A stretch of DNA of 63,334 bases, counting the filler, from Candidatus Coatesbacteria bacterium (GTDB lineage: Bacteria > JAFGND01): NCBI GenBank assembly GCA_016927185.1. It is 3 parts of 3 records of this genome, joined end to end, with 100 filler letters (N's around TTAATTAATTAA, not from the genome) between each part and the next. Parts side by side here need not be neighbours in the genome. Positions count along the whole stretch, not along the records: positions 1 to 18,650 come from JAFGND010000049.1; 2 more parts are not named here. The stretch is one strand, 5' to 3'. Of this stretch, positions 1 to 9,716 are shown in pieces (the stretch's first letter is position 1; every line of letters starts with the position of its first letter). Below the pieces are notes generated by a model, which saw only the letters and a list, made by a program, of their open reading frames with translations, made no database searches and had not been told where the DNA came from. Both the position numbers and the translations under genes were made by a program.

Positions 1-45
1 AACAGATAGAGACATCAAAACTATAAATATACAAATTCTTGACAT
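1..45 (-). CDS. 5' end of a secreted-protein gene running off the window edge (MSRICIFIVLMSLSV...)
   Basis: On the minus strand, AAGGAG precedes an ATG at 45 and signal-peptide-like codons. A TTGACT-17-TATCTT promoter lies at 142-114. Confidence 0.6.
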   Translation of the reverse strand, partial: MSRICIFIVLMSLSV

Positions 46-177
46 CAGATTACTCCTTTGATTAGGGCATTAACTAAATCATCTTCATTTTTATCAAGTG
101 AAAAGGTATATATAAGATAAGAAACAAATATTGAAAAGTCAATAATTGAAAGATTTTTGATGTAGAAATAATTGTTT

Positions 178-1332
178 TCATATGAAGGAATAATTTAATA
201 ATCTTGCTTTTCTTTTCATGCTGATCTGAGGTTTCTTTAAAATCTTGAATAATCTTCTTCTGCCATTATGTTCTGAAATGATTTTGCTTGAAAACTTCCC
301 GAAAATATCATTCAAATAATATCTCCAGGGGAAATTTGCTCCTGGATCCATTTTATTGAAAGCTGCTTCCTGATGTCCAATTATATTTGCAGGATTATTT
401 AAATCGGGAAACAACTTAAGCAATTCTTTAGTCAATTTGCATAATGAATTAATCTGTGCCGTCGTGAAGAAATTCCCAAATCCTGTTAATTCAATTCCTA
501 TGCTTAAGCTGTTCAAGCTTGGAGGATTATCAATTCCCATGTTCAAAAAATAATATCCTCCTTTCCCTGCATGATGAGCTCTCTTTTCAACAGGAACCAG
601 ATAATAAATTATTCCATCATAGTCTATTACGAAATGGCTTGAGACCTCTCTATCATTCATGGCAAGGAAAAGTTTCAGAGTATCTTCCAGATCACATTCA
701 GTGAAATGCAGGACGATTTTTTCTACTTGATCTTCTCGCTCTGAATAACATGGAGACTTTCCTTCTAGAATATTGATATTAGAAAGCATTTTTCTTTGCA
801 AATTAAATTTTCTGCATAATAATTCTATCTTTATTGATTGCCAGTTAAACATCTCTGAATTTTCTTTTGAATCTATATCAGCAAAGTTATTTATATAGTC
901 GCTTATCTGTCTATAGTCAGCAGGAAAATAAATGTACTCCAGTGAATTCAATAACTTTATGTAATTCTTCTTCCAGTCTTTTTTCATATTTCTTAAAAGT
1001 GATATGCTCAATCTCCTGTCATCACCAAATGCATATTCATAATTAGTCACAGTCTTCTTACTGAAATGCTTTCTTATTCTTCCTGCTATAACTGGAAGAA
1101 GCTTTGCTTCAGAGAAGCATCCTGACGGGATTAGATTATTGATACTTTTATCCCAGAATTCGTTATTATCTACATCGGGTTTGAACTCGAAAGGGGACAG
1201 GAAACTTGATATTGCGATTTCATCGTTAATAGAGAATTCTTTTATCTTTATACTGAATTTATCTTTAATATAAATGTATAGACTTCTATAAATTTCTTTC
1301 AATAGGCTCTGATCTATCACTTTCCAGTCCAT
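178..1332 (-). CDS. N-acetylmuramoyl-L-alanine amidase (Amidase_2/AmpD-like) with an unassigned N-terminal domain of about 190 aa
   Basis: Motifs IVLHFT, VSSHFVI, RAHHAG, SIGIEL, IIGHQE and KMDPG (Zn ligands H/H/D). Confidence 0.88.
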   Translation of the reverse strand: MDWKVIDQSLLKEIYRSLYIYIKDKFSIKIKEFSINDEIAISSFLSPFEFKPDVDNNEFWDKSINNLIPSGCFSEAKLLPVIAGRIRKHFSKKTVTNYEYAFGDDRRLSISLLRNMKKDWKKNYIKLLNSLEYIYFPADYRQISDYINNFADIDSKENSEMFNWQSIKIELLCRKFNLQRKMLSNINILEGKSPCYSEREDQVEKIVLHFTECDLEDTLKLFLAMNDREVSSHFVIDYDGIIYYLVPVEKRAHHAGKGGYYFLNMGIDNPPSLNSLSIGIELTGFGNFFTTAQINSLCKLTKELLKLFPDLNNPANIIGHQEAAFNKMDPGANFPWRYYLNDIFGKFSSKIISEHNGRRRLFKILKKPQISMKRKARLLNYSFI

Positions 1333-4300
1333 ATGCTCCTACTTGAAAGCTTTCTACATCAAGCAATAAATTAAAAGGATTTATTTTGATTTTTTCGTAT
1401 CCATACTCCAGAGCAGGCATACTGAAAAAAGAAAGGTATTTTTCTATATCTTCCAAACTCAGGTTCTTTCCTGCCTTTTTTGTAAGATTCTCTAAAATGC
1501 CAATAAGAGGATCATTCTCCTGCATGAAAGGAAACTGAAATTTTGCATTAGTAAGTTTCCATACATGACAAATCTTATGCAACCATTTGTCTGCTGGTTT
1601 TTCTTCACCATTAATTATATTCGATATCTCGATGTAAATACCTACCATTTCTTCTAATGTAATATAATCTAGATTGTTTTTCAGGAACTTCATTCTTGCA
1701 GTATCCAGGAATGGTAAATCAGGATGGTCTCTGGAAATGTCAATATCATTTGCCTTTATCCATCTGTATGGATAGACTATCAATATCTTGTTAAGCAAGG
1801 AGTTAAGACCTTCTTTCAGTAAAAGCATCACAGGAAATAAATCAGCTAAATTTATATATTTGTCTTTTGTGAAATGATAAAGCATTAATCCTTGTTTTAT
1901 TGGTCTATAGAGTTTGTCATCTGATAGCATAATGAGTTTTTTATCAGTTCCTCCAAGCTCATATATATATGCATCAGGAAGATAAGGCAATAATCTGTAA
2001 ATCCTGTTTGTAAGGGTCAGGAATCTATTCAGGATAGTAGTATCTCTTTCCTCAAGCATCCATGAAAGTGCCCTTTGAAGCGAGTTCAGGTTTTTCAAAA
2101 AGTCTTTCTTTATCTTATCTATCTGTTTCAAGTAATCTTCTAGAACATGCTTTTCCTTGAATTTGAAACAAACCTCTTTTTCAAGATTATTGAAGTCTTT
2201 GTTCAGTTTTTTAAGCTCCTTATTTTCCTCATATAGCTTTCTCAACTCACTTAGATCCGACTCTATTTTATGTATTTCATCCTTGCCAAATCCTAGCCTG
2301 AAGGAAATGGATGCTTTTTTCTCATCCAGTTCAATAGACTTGTTCTTTATCAAGTCATCAAGTATATTGTCCTTTTCTATATCCCATTTTCTAAAACCCT
2401 GAAGAATATCATCATATAGTGAGCCTATTTTTATCTGTAAATCATTCTGTTCTTTTTCTTTCTTATGCAATTCATCCAGAAGCGATTTGTAATGATTTTC
2501 AATTATTTCTATTCTTGAAGAGGATACTACCGAAATATTTATCAAATTGCATTTGTCATCTCTGATGAATACTTCACTTTTAGTCTGCAGATCAACATAA
2601 GGTATTACTTCCTGACGCATCATTTCAAAACGCAGTATCTGGTCCAGATAACTCCTGTACTCCTCATTGTCATCTTTGTTGCCAGGAACAAACAGATCTT
2701 TTATAATCTCCCGGGATAAATCAAAATCATTATCAATCAGCAATCTTGCAGTTAAATATATTATATGATGGATTGAAATCTTTGAATTGCCTGTTTTTAA
2801 AGCAGCGAAAATATTAGGTGAAATATAATCCTTTTTATCAAGTCTTAAACCCTTCAGCAAAAAAAACATAGATTTGTCTAATTTGTTGAATCTGTAATAT
2901 CTAATTGCTGCATCAAACCATAGTTCATTTTCAGTACATATACGTTCTATTTCACTATTTTCTTTTGAAGTATCTTCATTAAGCTTATCCCTGGCAGTTT
3001 CTTTGCTGATATAGGCATTCAAATCCTCTGGATACAGATATGTTAGTATGAAATCACATTGGGCAAGCCAATTTGAATAATCTTCCTCAGCTATGAAAAC
3101 CTGTTCAAATGCCATGAGCTTGTGATATGAAAGCACATCATTTTCAATATTAGAAATGAAATACTGCTTTGCAGTTTCATAGTCTTTTCTGACGAATGAG
3201 AATTTACCTCTTAGATATGTTATCAGCTCCTGATGGTTGATCCTTGAATCTATCCTGTTGAAAAGTTCTTCATATTTGCTATTATCAGCTTTCAGATAAA
3301 TATCAAGCAGTAATTCATACAGGAAAATGTATCTTTTCATTAGAGATGGAATTGCTTTTCTGTCACTGAAAGTTTCTATTATTGATATTGCATATTCAAG
3401 CTTTTCTCTTAGTTCATTCCTTTCAAAAAAATAACCGCATAATTTCCTTGTGGTTATGCAAAGAGCTTTGATTGAATTCAAATTCTTGTTTGGCTGGATT
3501 TCCTTCATAAGATTGTATGATGAAAGATATGCATTCAGGGCTTCCTTGAACATTACATTCTCTTCAAAATATTCACCAAAAGAATAATATGCTAAAGCAG
3601 TTTCTGCTTTCAGATTAGTATCCTTGAATATCTGTATTGATTTCTTGAAATAATTCTCTGCATTATTCATATCCCTAAGATTTGCAGATAGTTTTGCCAA
3701 CTGTAACAATGAATCAGCGTATTGCTTTTTCCTGTTTTTTGATGGTAACTTCTGGGCTCTCATTTCGAGCAATTTCTCGGCTTTCAGCTGGAAATCCTTA
3801 CTTAAATCAAGCTCACTTGTTCTGAAGTATAGATTCCCCAATTCATGAAAAACGCACACTAGAACATCTTCATTGTTTTCTATCGGAATATCCTTTTCTA
3901 CCAAAATCAACGCTTCCCTGGTAGCTTCTTCAGATAAATCCAGCAATCCTGCTTCCCTGTATAGCCTTCCTTGATTAAGCTTATATCTTATAAGAAGTTT
4001 TGCCTTATATTCATCCGGACTTTCCTGTATTTCCTCTTTTATCAAATCAATTGCTCTGAGAAGATATTTCTCGCTTTTTGCATAGTTCAGTTTTTTTCTA
4101 TAAAAAATACTGTAAGTTTCTAATATATGTGCCAATTCTAAGCGCCCTACCAAATGATTTCTGAAAAGATTCTCATATAAAGCTATAGATCTTTCAAGAT
4201 ATCTTTCACATTTATCTACTTCACCCAGATTAAGGTAGGTTAATCCAAGATAGTGTAAAATTCCAGCTAATGCTGCTTTTAATGAAGCATTTTTCTCCTT

Positions 4301-4672
4301 GCCAAGCAGCTGTTTTATTAATTGATAGGCTATCTTGAAATGATTTTCAGCTAAAGACAACTGATCAGATGCAAAAAAAAGCCTCCCTAACTTATGCTGA
4401 GAATGAATTAATAAGATATTATTGTCGTAGTTTGGCTCCTGCTTGTACAAGTATAAAGCAGCAATCAAAACTGCCCTTCCAATTTCTATAGACTGAAGAA
4501 ATGCTTCTATCTGAAGATATTGTTCAGCTATCAAACCTGCCTTCTCAGCAAATTCTATCCAGATAGACATATCATCAGGATTACTCTTCAATCTATCCAG
4601 TATATTTGTGATTTCCCTTGGCAGTTTTAAACCAGTAAAAACCTTTTCTATTTGACTAATTGGAGATTTCAT
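1286..4672 (-). CDS. Large TPR-repeat protein with a coiled coil and an unassigned helical C-terminal domain
   Basis: Repeated TPR-like units (e.g. LAGILHYLGLTYLNLGEVDKCERYLERSI). E/K-rich coiled-coil region at about aa 725-870. No signal peptide. Confidence 0.75.
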   Translation of the reverse strand: MKSPISQIEKVFTGLKLPREITNILDRLKSNPDDMSIWIEFAEKAGLIAEQYLQIEAFLQSIEIGRAVLIAALYLYKQEPNYDNNILLIHSQHKLGRLFFASDQLSLAENHFKIAYQLIKQLLGKEKNASLKAALAGILHYLGLTYLNLGEVDKCERYLERSIALYENLFRNHLVGRLELAHILETYSIFYRKKLNYAKSEKYLLRAIDLIKEEIQESPDEYKAKLLIRYKLNQGRLYREAGLLDLSEEATREALILVEKDIPIENNEDVLVCVFHELGNLYFRTSELDLSKDFQLKAEKLLEMRAQKLPSKNRKKQYADSLLQLAKLSANLRDMNNAENYFKKSIQIFKDTNLKAETALAYYSFGEYFEENVMFKEALNAYLSSYNLMKEIQPNKNLNSIKALCITTRKLCGYFFERNELREKLEYAISIIETFSDRKAIPSLMKRYIFLYELLLDIYLKADNSKYEELFNRIDSRINHQELITYLRGKFSFVRKDYETAKQYFISNIENDVLSYHKLMAFEQVFIAEEDYSNWLAQCDFILTYLYPEDLNAYISKETARDKLNEDTSKENSEIERICTENELWFDAAIRYYRFNKLDKSMFFLLKGLRLDKKDYISPNIFAALKTGNSKISIHHIIYLTARLLIDNDFDLSREIIKDLFVPGNKDDNEEYRSYLDQILRFEMMRQEVIPYVDLQTKSEVFIRDDKCNLINISVVSSSRIEIIENHYKSLLDELHKKEKEQNDLQIKIGSLYDDILQGFRKWDIEKDNILDDLIKNKSIELDEKKASISFRLGFGKDEIHKIESDLSELRKLYEENKELKKLNKDFNNLEKEVCFKFKEKHVLEDYLKQIDKIKKDFLKNLNSLQRALSWMLEERDTTILNRFLTLTNRIYRLLPYLPDAYIYELGGTDKKLIMLSDDKLYRPIKQGLMLYHFTKDKYINLADLFPVMLLLKEGLNSLLNKILIVYPYRWIKANDIDISRDHPDLPFLDTARMKFLKNNLDYITLEEMVGIYIEISNIINGEEKPADKWLHKICHVWKLTNAKFQFPFMQENDPLIGILENLTKKAGKNLSLEDIEKYLSFFSMPALEYGYEKIKINPFNLLLDVESFQVGAYGLESDRSEPIERNL

Positions 4673-4680
4673 TATTTCCC

Positions 4681-5466
4681 CTAAAATACTAGAATTCCAC
4701 TTCCGAAACTTCGCTCTTTTCCATCTGATGGATTATTCATTATCCTGTTTCTTATAACCATTGTAGAGCTGCCTCCCCCATCAAGATTCAAAGCCCATCT
4801 ATATCCCAGTTTCAATAAAAACCTGGATGCCTCAGGTAATGTCAAGCCTGCAGAGGATTTCTGCCTTCCATCCACTACTATCAATGAGAAATCTCCATTT
4901 GATTTTCTTGCAATTATTGTCCTTGGGTGTCTGCCATAAGCAAAAGAATGTGGACTTGTAACACCATTCAAAACCGGTTTGCCGTTTTCCAGTATCATTG
5001 TACTTCCAGAGCATGCATAATAAGTTTTTCGCATCCTGTCAGCTGAAGTATGATCATAAAAGACAATGGATCTGGTTTTATTTTTAAATTGCCTGAAGAT
5101 TACATTTGGCCAATGTCCTTTGACTTTGCTTTTCCATTTGCCTTTAATATTAATTCCTCCCTGAGGACCTCCTTCTGTATAAAAATCTGCATTAACACCT
5201 GCAATAGCCTTTCTTCTTTTAACCATTTCAGTCAGTTTTTCTCTTCCATTAATCCTGTCATCCCCTAGCTGGACTTCAAGTCTTCTTTTCCCAGGTTTAA
5301 TTTCAAGTATATAAAATACTACAGGTTGTTTTGATTTATCATCCTCAGTTATATAAAAAACATGCTTCTTCAGTTTCAATCCATTTGTAATGTTCTTCTG
5401 GAAAACAAGTTTTGCTTCAGATTGTTGAATAACCAAAAAAATAAGGAATAATATAAATCTGTTCAT
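4681..5466 (-). CDS. Secreted phosphodiester glycosidase (NAGPA/DUF2233) family protein
   Basis: Motifs AGVNADFY, RHPRT, VVDGRQ, ALNLDGGGSSTM and NNPSDG. Signal peptide present. Confidence 0.9.
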   Translation of the reverse strand: MNRFILFLIFLVIQQSEAKLVFQKNITNGLKLKKHVFYITEDDKSKQPVVFYILEIKPGKRRLEVQLGDDRINGREKLTEMVKRRKAIAGVNADFYTEGGPQGGINIKGKWKSKVKGHWPNVIFRQFKNKTRSIVFYDHTSADRMRKTYYACSGSTMILENGKPVLNGVTSPHSFAYGRHPRTIIARKSNGDFSLIVVDGRQKSSAGLTLPEASRFLLKLGYRWALNLDGGGSSTMVIRNRIMNNPSDGKERSFGSGILVF

Positions 5467-5480
5467 TTTAATTCTTTAGT

Positions 5481-6002
5481 TCAATTAATCTTAACAAAAT
5501 CCAGCTTCAATTTTTGGGTATAATCTATTGTTTCTTTAAATCTGGCTCTAGTAGAAGGATTCCTTAGCAGCTTTATTACTATATTCTGGCTTTTTTGAGT
5601 TTTCTTTAGATATAGGTTTCTTATCTCATTAGAGTATTCACTATTTCTCAAAGGAATCAGTATTTTACCTATATCCTCCAACTCCTTCGAATGCTCATCA
5701 TAGTATTTCTGATATGCAGCTATAGCTTTTACTCCATCATTCGAGTTTTCTTCTATCAATGTCCAGATTGCATCTATATGAAGAGCATAATCTTCCACTG
5801 CTTTTTTGACCTTTGCGTCAAGAACCTTGCTTGTTTTAGATGCCTTTATCTGGGGAATTGGGATTTTAGGATTTTTTATATCAGTCTGCTTGATTTCTTT
5901 TTTATTATCAGAAGTATCTTCAACCAGGTTTCTATATTTCCTCTTGATTTGACCGCAGCCAGTAATCAACAAAATCAAACTCAACAGCAATAAATACTTC
6001 AT
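5481..6002 (-). CDS. Hypothetical lipoprotein
   Basis: Lipobox ITGC after a hydrophobic stretch. AAGGAGG RBS. Confidence 0.75.
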   Translation of the reverse strand: MKYLLLLSLILLITGCGQIKRKYRNLVEDTSDNKKEIKQTDIKNPKIPIPQIKASKTSKVLDAKVKKAVEDYALHIDAIWTLIEENSNDGVKAIAAYQKYYDEHSKELEDIGKILIPLRNSEYSNEIRNLYLKKTQKSQNIVIKLLRNPSTRARFKETIDYTQKLKLDFVKIN

Positions 6003-6385
6003 TCTGCCGTATACCTCCTTTAGTCAAGAAGCTCATTTTTCCTTTTTTTGTCAAGTGTACCTGTCCATTTGAATATTATCTCCTCTTTGCAGTTATCTTT
6101 TAGTGAAACAGGAAGCTTACATTAATTCAAATCCGTACAAGTATTTAATTCGCATGTGTTGATTTACGAAGAGGATTAAGGTTAGCTTGAAATTAACCTT
6201 GAATTATAAAAAGCTTCTGCTTCCATTAATTAACGCTTCCTTATTTTTAGTCTATTCATTTCTTTTCCACTCTAAACTAGCAGTGAATTTTATCATTAGA
6301 CTTTTCATCAGGGGAGCTTAAATCAATTTAAGGATAATTGAAATTGATAATTGACAAAAAATACCAGAAAATAACTGCTGCAGTC

Positions 6386-7276
6386 ATGTCAGGAAGAAAA
6401 ACATTCGATGATTCAACTCAATCTGGGAAAAAGATGTTAAAAAACTCTTATCCAGACCCTCTTCTTATAGTAATAAGTGGTGTATCACTAGGCCAGATCT
6501 TCCCTCTCAAGGAAAAAAGGATAATTATCGGGAGAAAAGAAGGTTTAGATATAGTTATAAAGGATGAAAGCATATCCAGGGAACATGCAGAAATCCTTTT
6601 CAACAAAAACCTTCCAAGTTTCATAATCAAGGATAAGGGAAGCAAGAATGGAGTTGTTATTAATGGAGTAAGGGTTAAAACCGGTAATTTGAAAGATGGT
6701 GATAGAATAACATTAGGAGAAACAACCCTGAAGTTCATATATCAGGACCAGCTTGATATCACTTATTACAGGAGAATTGCTGAACTTATCAATACGGATC
6801 CATTGACAGGCTTGAAGAACAGGTATATGCTTGAATCAATCTTACATGGAGAAATAGAGAGAAGTTACAGATATAAAGAGCAGTTCATTATTATGATGAT
6901 AGATATTGACAATTTCAAATCAGTTAACGACAAATATGGACATCTAACTGGTGACAATGTACTTGTAAATTTGGCAGAATTGTTCAACACGCAATTACGT
7001 TCAAGTGATTCTGTTTTCAGATATGGTGGAGAGGAATTTCTTATACTCCTTCCGCAAACGCAGAAAGAGAAAGGTTTTTTAATCGCAGACAGAATAAGAT
7101 CCTTAACAGAAACCCTCAAGGTAGACAAATTACCTGGTTTTACGATAAGTATTGGTGTAGCTTCATTTCCTGAAGATGCAAAAACTGTTGAAGATCTTAT
7201 AGACAAAGCTGACAAAGCATTATACAAATGCAAAAGAACTGGAAAAAATAAAGTCCTCCTTTTCAAAGAGGATTAA
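6386..7276 (+). CDS. FHA-GGDEF diguanylate cyclase
   Basis: FHA motifs IIGR, ISREHA, SKNGVVING. GGDEF motifs DPLTGL, DIDNFK, GHLTGD, RSSD (I-site) and GGEEF. I preferred the ATG at 6386 over the TTG at 6338. Confidence 0.92.
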   Translation: MSGRKTFDDSTQSGKKMLKNSYPDPLLIVISGVSLGQIFPLKEKRIIIGRKEGLDIVIKDESISREHAEILFNKNLPSFIIKDKGSKNGVVINGVRVKTGNLKDGDRITLGETTLKFIYQDQLDITYYRRIAELINTDPLTGLKNRYMLESILHGEIERSYRYKEQFIIMMIDIDNFKSVNDKYGHLTGDNVLVNLAELFNTQLRSSDSVFRYGGEEFLILLPQTQKEKGFLIADRIRSLTETLKVDKLPGFTISIGVASFPEDAKTVEDLIDKADKALYKCKRTGKNKVLLFKED

Positions 7277-8247
7277 TAATATTTTGTTCCAACTCTCTTT
7301 CTTACCTCATTCAAGGTAACCATTGCTATTTCCCTTGCCTTATCTGCTCCATTCCTTAAAATTCTTAAAACCAGTTCCCTGTCTTTAGAATATTCTTCTC
7401 TTTTCTCCCTGAATGGAGTGAAATAATTGTTTATAATCTCTAGCAGATATTTCTTTGTTTCTCCATAACCGGTACCACCATTCCAAAAGCGCGTTTTCCA
7501 GTCATTGAATTCCTCTTCTGAAACAAAAAACTGCATAATCGCCAGCAAAATGCTTTCATCAGGATTCTTTGGATCCTCTACTGCCTTTGAATCAGTTACA
7601 ATACTCATAATCTGCTTTTTCAATTCTGTTTTTTCAGCAAAAATATCTATCGTATTGTTATAGGATTTACTCATCTTCTGTCCATCTATTCCTGGAATAA
7701 TCCCTGTATCCTCACTAATTTCTGGCTCCGGAAGTTTGAATACTTCACCATAAGTATTATTGAATTTTATTGCAATATCTCTTGTCACTTCAACATGCTG
7801 CTTTTGGTCTTTTCCTACTGGAATGATTTCACCTTGATATAGCAATATGTCAGCTGCCATTAAAACTGGATAAGAAAACAAACCATGGCTGGCAGGAATC
7901 CCCTTGGCAACCTTGTCTTTATAACTATGACAGCGCTCAAGTAATCCTTTCGGGGTTACGCACGAAAGATACCATGTTAATTCCATTATCTCATTGACAT
8001 CATTCTGTACCCAGAAAATATTTTTTTCTGGATCAAGCCCCAAGGCAAGTAAATCCAGGGCAGATTCAAAAGTCTGTTTCCTCAACAAGTCACCCGACTG
8101 CACTGATGTCAGCGCATGAAGATTCACTATGAAACAGAAAATCTTGTTTTTCTTCTGATATTCAATCATAGGTTTTATCATTGAGAAATAATTTCCCAGA
8201 TGAAATCTTCCAGAGGGCTGGATACCACTTAGAACTCTCTTCTCCAT
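7273..8247 (-). CDS. trpS: Tryptophan--tRNA ligase
   Basis: SGIQPSG, HLGNY, YPVLMAADIL, PVGKDQKQH, KMSKS. Confidence 0.97.
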   Translation of the reverse strand: MEKRVLSGIQPSGRFHLGNYFSMIKPMIEYQKKNKIFCFIVNLHALTSVQSGDLLRKQTFESALDLLALGLDPEKNIFWVQNDVNEIMELTWYLSCVTPKGLLERCHSYKDKVAKGIPASHGLFSYPVLMAADILLYQGEIIPVGKDQKQHVEVTRDIAIKFNNTYGEVFKLPEPEISEDTGIIPGIDGQKMSKSYNNTIDIFAEKTELKKQIMSIVTDSKAVEDPKNPDESILLAIMQFFVSEEEFNDWKTRFWNGGTGYGETKKYLLEIINNYFTPFREKREEYSKDRELVLRILRNGADKAREIAMVTLNEVRKRVGTKYY

Positions 8248-8335
8248 TACATCTCCTCAATCATTTTCTTCTTCTTAAATTTTTCCTGCAAAAAAAATAA
8301 ATCAACCCTTGACAAAATAAACTAGTTAATTATAA

Positions 8336-9037
8336 ATGTCCGTAATGACTAAACTAATATTATTATGTTTACTCATAGGCTCACTTTCAGCAAAACCTTA
8401 TACTGATATAAGTCAAATCAGAGCTGGTCAGTATACTAATCCTGTTATTGTTCATGCAGTTGTTTCTGTTCCAACTGGTCGTTTTGGAGCAGATATTTTT
8501 TATATCCAAGACAGCAATGCAGGTATCAAATGTATTGATGCTACAAAACCATCTTTGCAACTAGGCAATGAAGTTGAGGTCTTAGGAAACGTATATTCTA
8601 GTCAAGGAGAATTAACTATTGAAGTATTAAGCGTGCAGACTTATAGCGAAGCAGTTCCTCCTTCCCCTGCTCCCCTGTCAACTTCTCAAGCAGGACAGGA
8701 AACATATGAAGGTCTTCTTGTTATTGTAGGAGGCATGATTACAAAAGTCAATATTGCAGAAAGCCTTGTTTGCATTGATGATGGTAGTGGTGGAATATGG
8801 ATCTGGATAGATCCAAGCACTGGAATTGATGTTAATATCTTTGGATTGGGAGAGAAATATACTGCAATTGGAGTTATTTCTCAGTCAGGTAATACTTATT
8901 ATCTGCTTCCGAGATTTAGTACAGATATAAAGAAAGGCGGCTCTATAAACAAAGCTACCTGGGGACAAATTAAGAAATTGTATCAAAATCGCCTTGCTCA
9001 ACTTCGTAAGAAACGTGTTCTTGGTTACAGAAAATAA
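8336..9037 (+). CDS. Secreted protein with two OB-fold-like repeats and a C-terminal TWGxIK motif
   Basis: Signal peptide. FYIQDSNAGI...LGNEVEVLG and IDDGSG...LLPR motifs typical of extracellular OB folds. Ends in ATWGQIKKLY. The start may be 8345. Confidence 0.7.
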   Translation: MSVMTKLILLCLLIGSLSAKPYTDISQIRAGQYTNPVIVHAVVSVPTGRFGADIFYIQDSNAGIKCIDATKPSLQLGNEVEVLGNVYSSQGELTIEVLSVQTYSEAVPPSPAPLSTSQAGQETYEGLLVIVGGMITKVNIAESLVCIDDGSGGIWIWIDPSTGIDVNIFGLGEKYTAIGVISQSGNTYYLLPRFSTDIKKGGSINKATWGQIKKLYQNRLAQLRKKRVLGYRK

Positions 9038-9063
9038 GATAATCTTTTTTCAAGGGGATAATC

Positions 9064-9666
9064 ATGATTAAATTTTTTGCCATTGGGATTCTAGTTATTT
9101 TTGTGTGTACAGGTTGTCTGCAATTTGATACTACAAAACTGACCTTGAATTTTGACAGTAAGGGTGGAGTTTCCGGCAAGTTAAAAAGGGAATATATAAA
9201 CCTTTCAAGCAGTGCCAAAATACCGGAAAATATCAAGGAGGCAGCAAAACTTGAAGATGCAAAATTGAAATATGAGAAACAACTGAATACTGACTATAAC
9301 GATTTGATTGATAAATGGAAAAATGACAAATTCATAGACGAAACCCTTAAGGATCTCAGCATTGCAATAGAGAAAAGAAATGTATATCTAAAAAATGATA
9401 ATATAAATGGTGAATATGAAGGCAAATTCGATGCCAAGGCACTTGAAAAAATGAACTTCTTTTTTATAGAAAACCAGAGAGCTTGCATATTGCCAAAAAG
9501 CGCTGGTGTTCTTGATGATACAGATGGAAAGATAATTTCTACAGGAAGTTATTATTTAGTGCTCTGGCCAAAGGACAAGAAGAGCATTTATTTTATCCAA
9601 TCCCCAATGAAAACAAAAAACAACAGGAATTTATTGTCTAGATGGCAAAAGAGCAATAAAAAATAA
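9064..9666 (+). CDS. Hypothetical lipoprotein
   Basis: Lipobox CTGC. AAGGGG RBS. Confidence 0.7.
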   Translation: MIKFFAIGILVIFVCTGCLQFDTTKLTLNFDSKGGVSGKLKREYINLSSSAKIPENIKEAAKLEDAKLKYEKQLNTDYNDLIDKWKNDKFIDETLKDLSIAIEKRNVYLKNDNINGEYEGKFDAKALEKMNFFFIENQRACILPKSAGVLDDTDGKIISTGSYYLVLWPKDKKSIYFIQSPMKTKNNRNLLSRWQKSNKK

Positions 9667-9691
9667 GAATACCGCTGATAAGCGGTATTCT
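9666..9691. terminator. Probable bidirectional intrinsic terminator between convergent genes
   Basis: Perfect 11-bp stem AGAATACCGCT-gata-AGCGGTATTCT. Confidence 0.75.
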
Positions 9692-9716
9692 ATTATCTCC
9701 CTACCTACATTCTGGC

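Noticed and set aside
6178..6201. AAGGTTA...TAACCTT inverted repeat, and a possible c-di-GMP riboswitch upstream of the cyclase
   Set aside because: Short and AT-rich, with no GEMM consensus visible.
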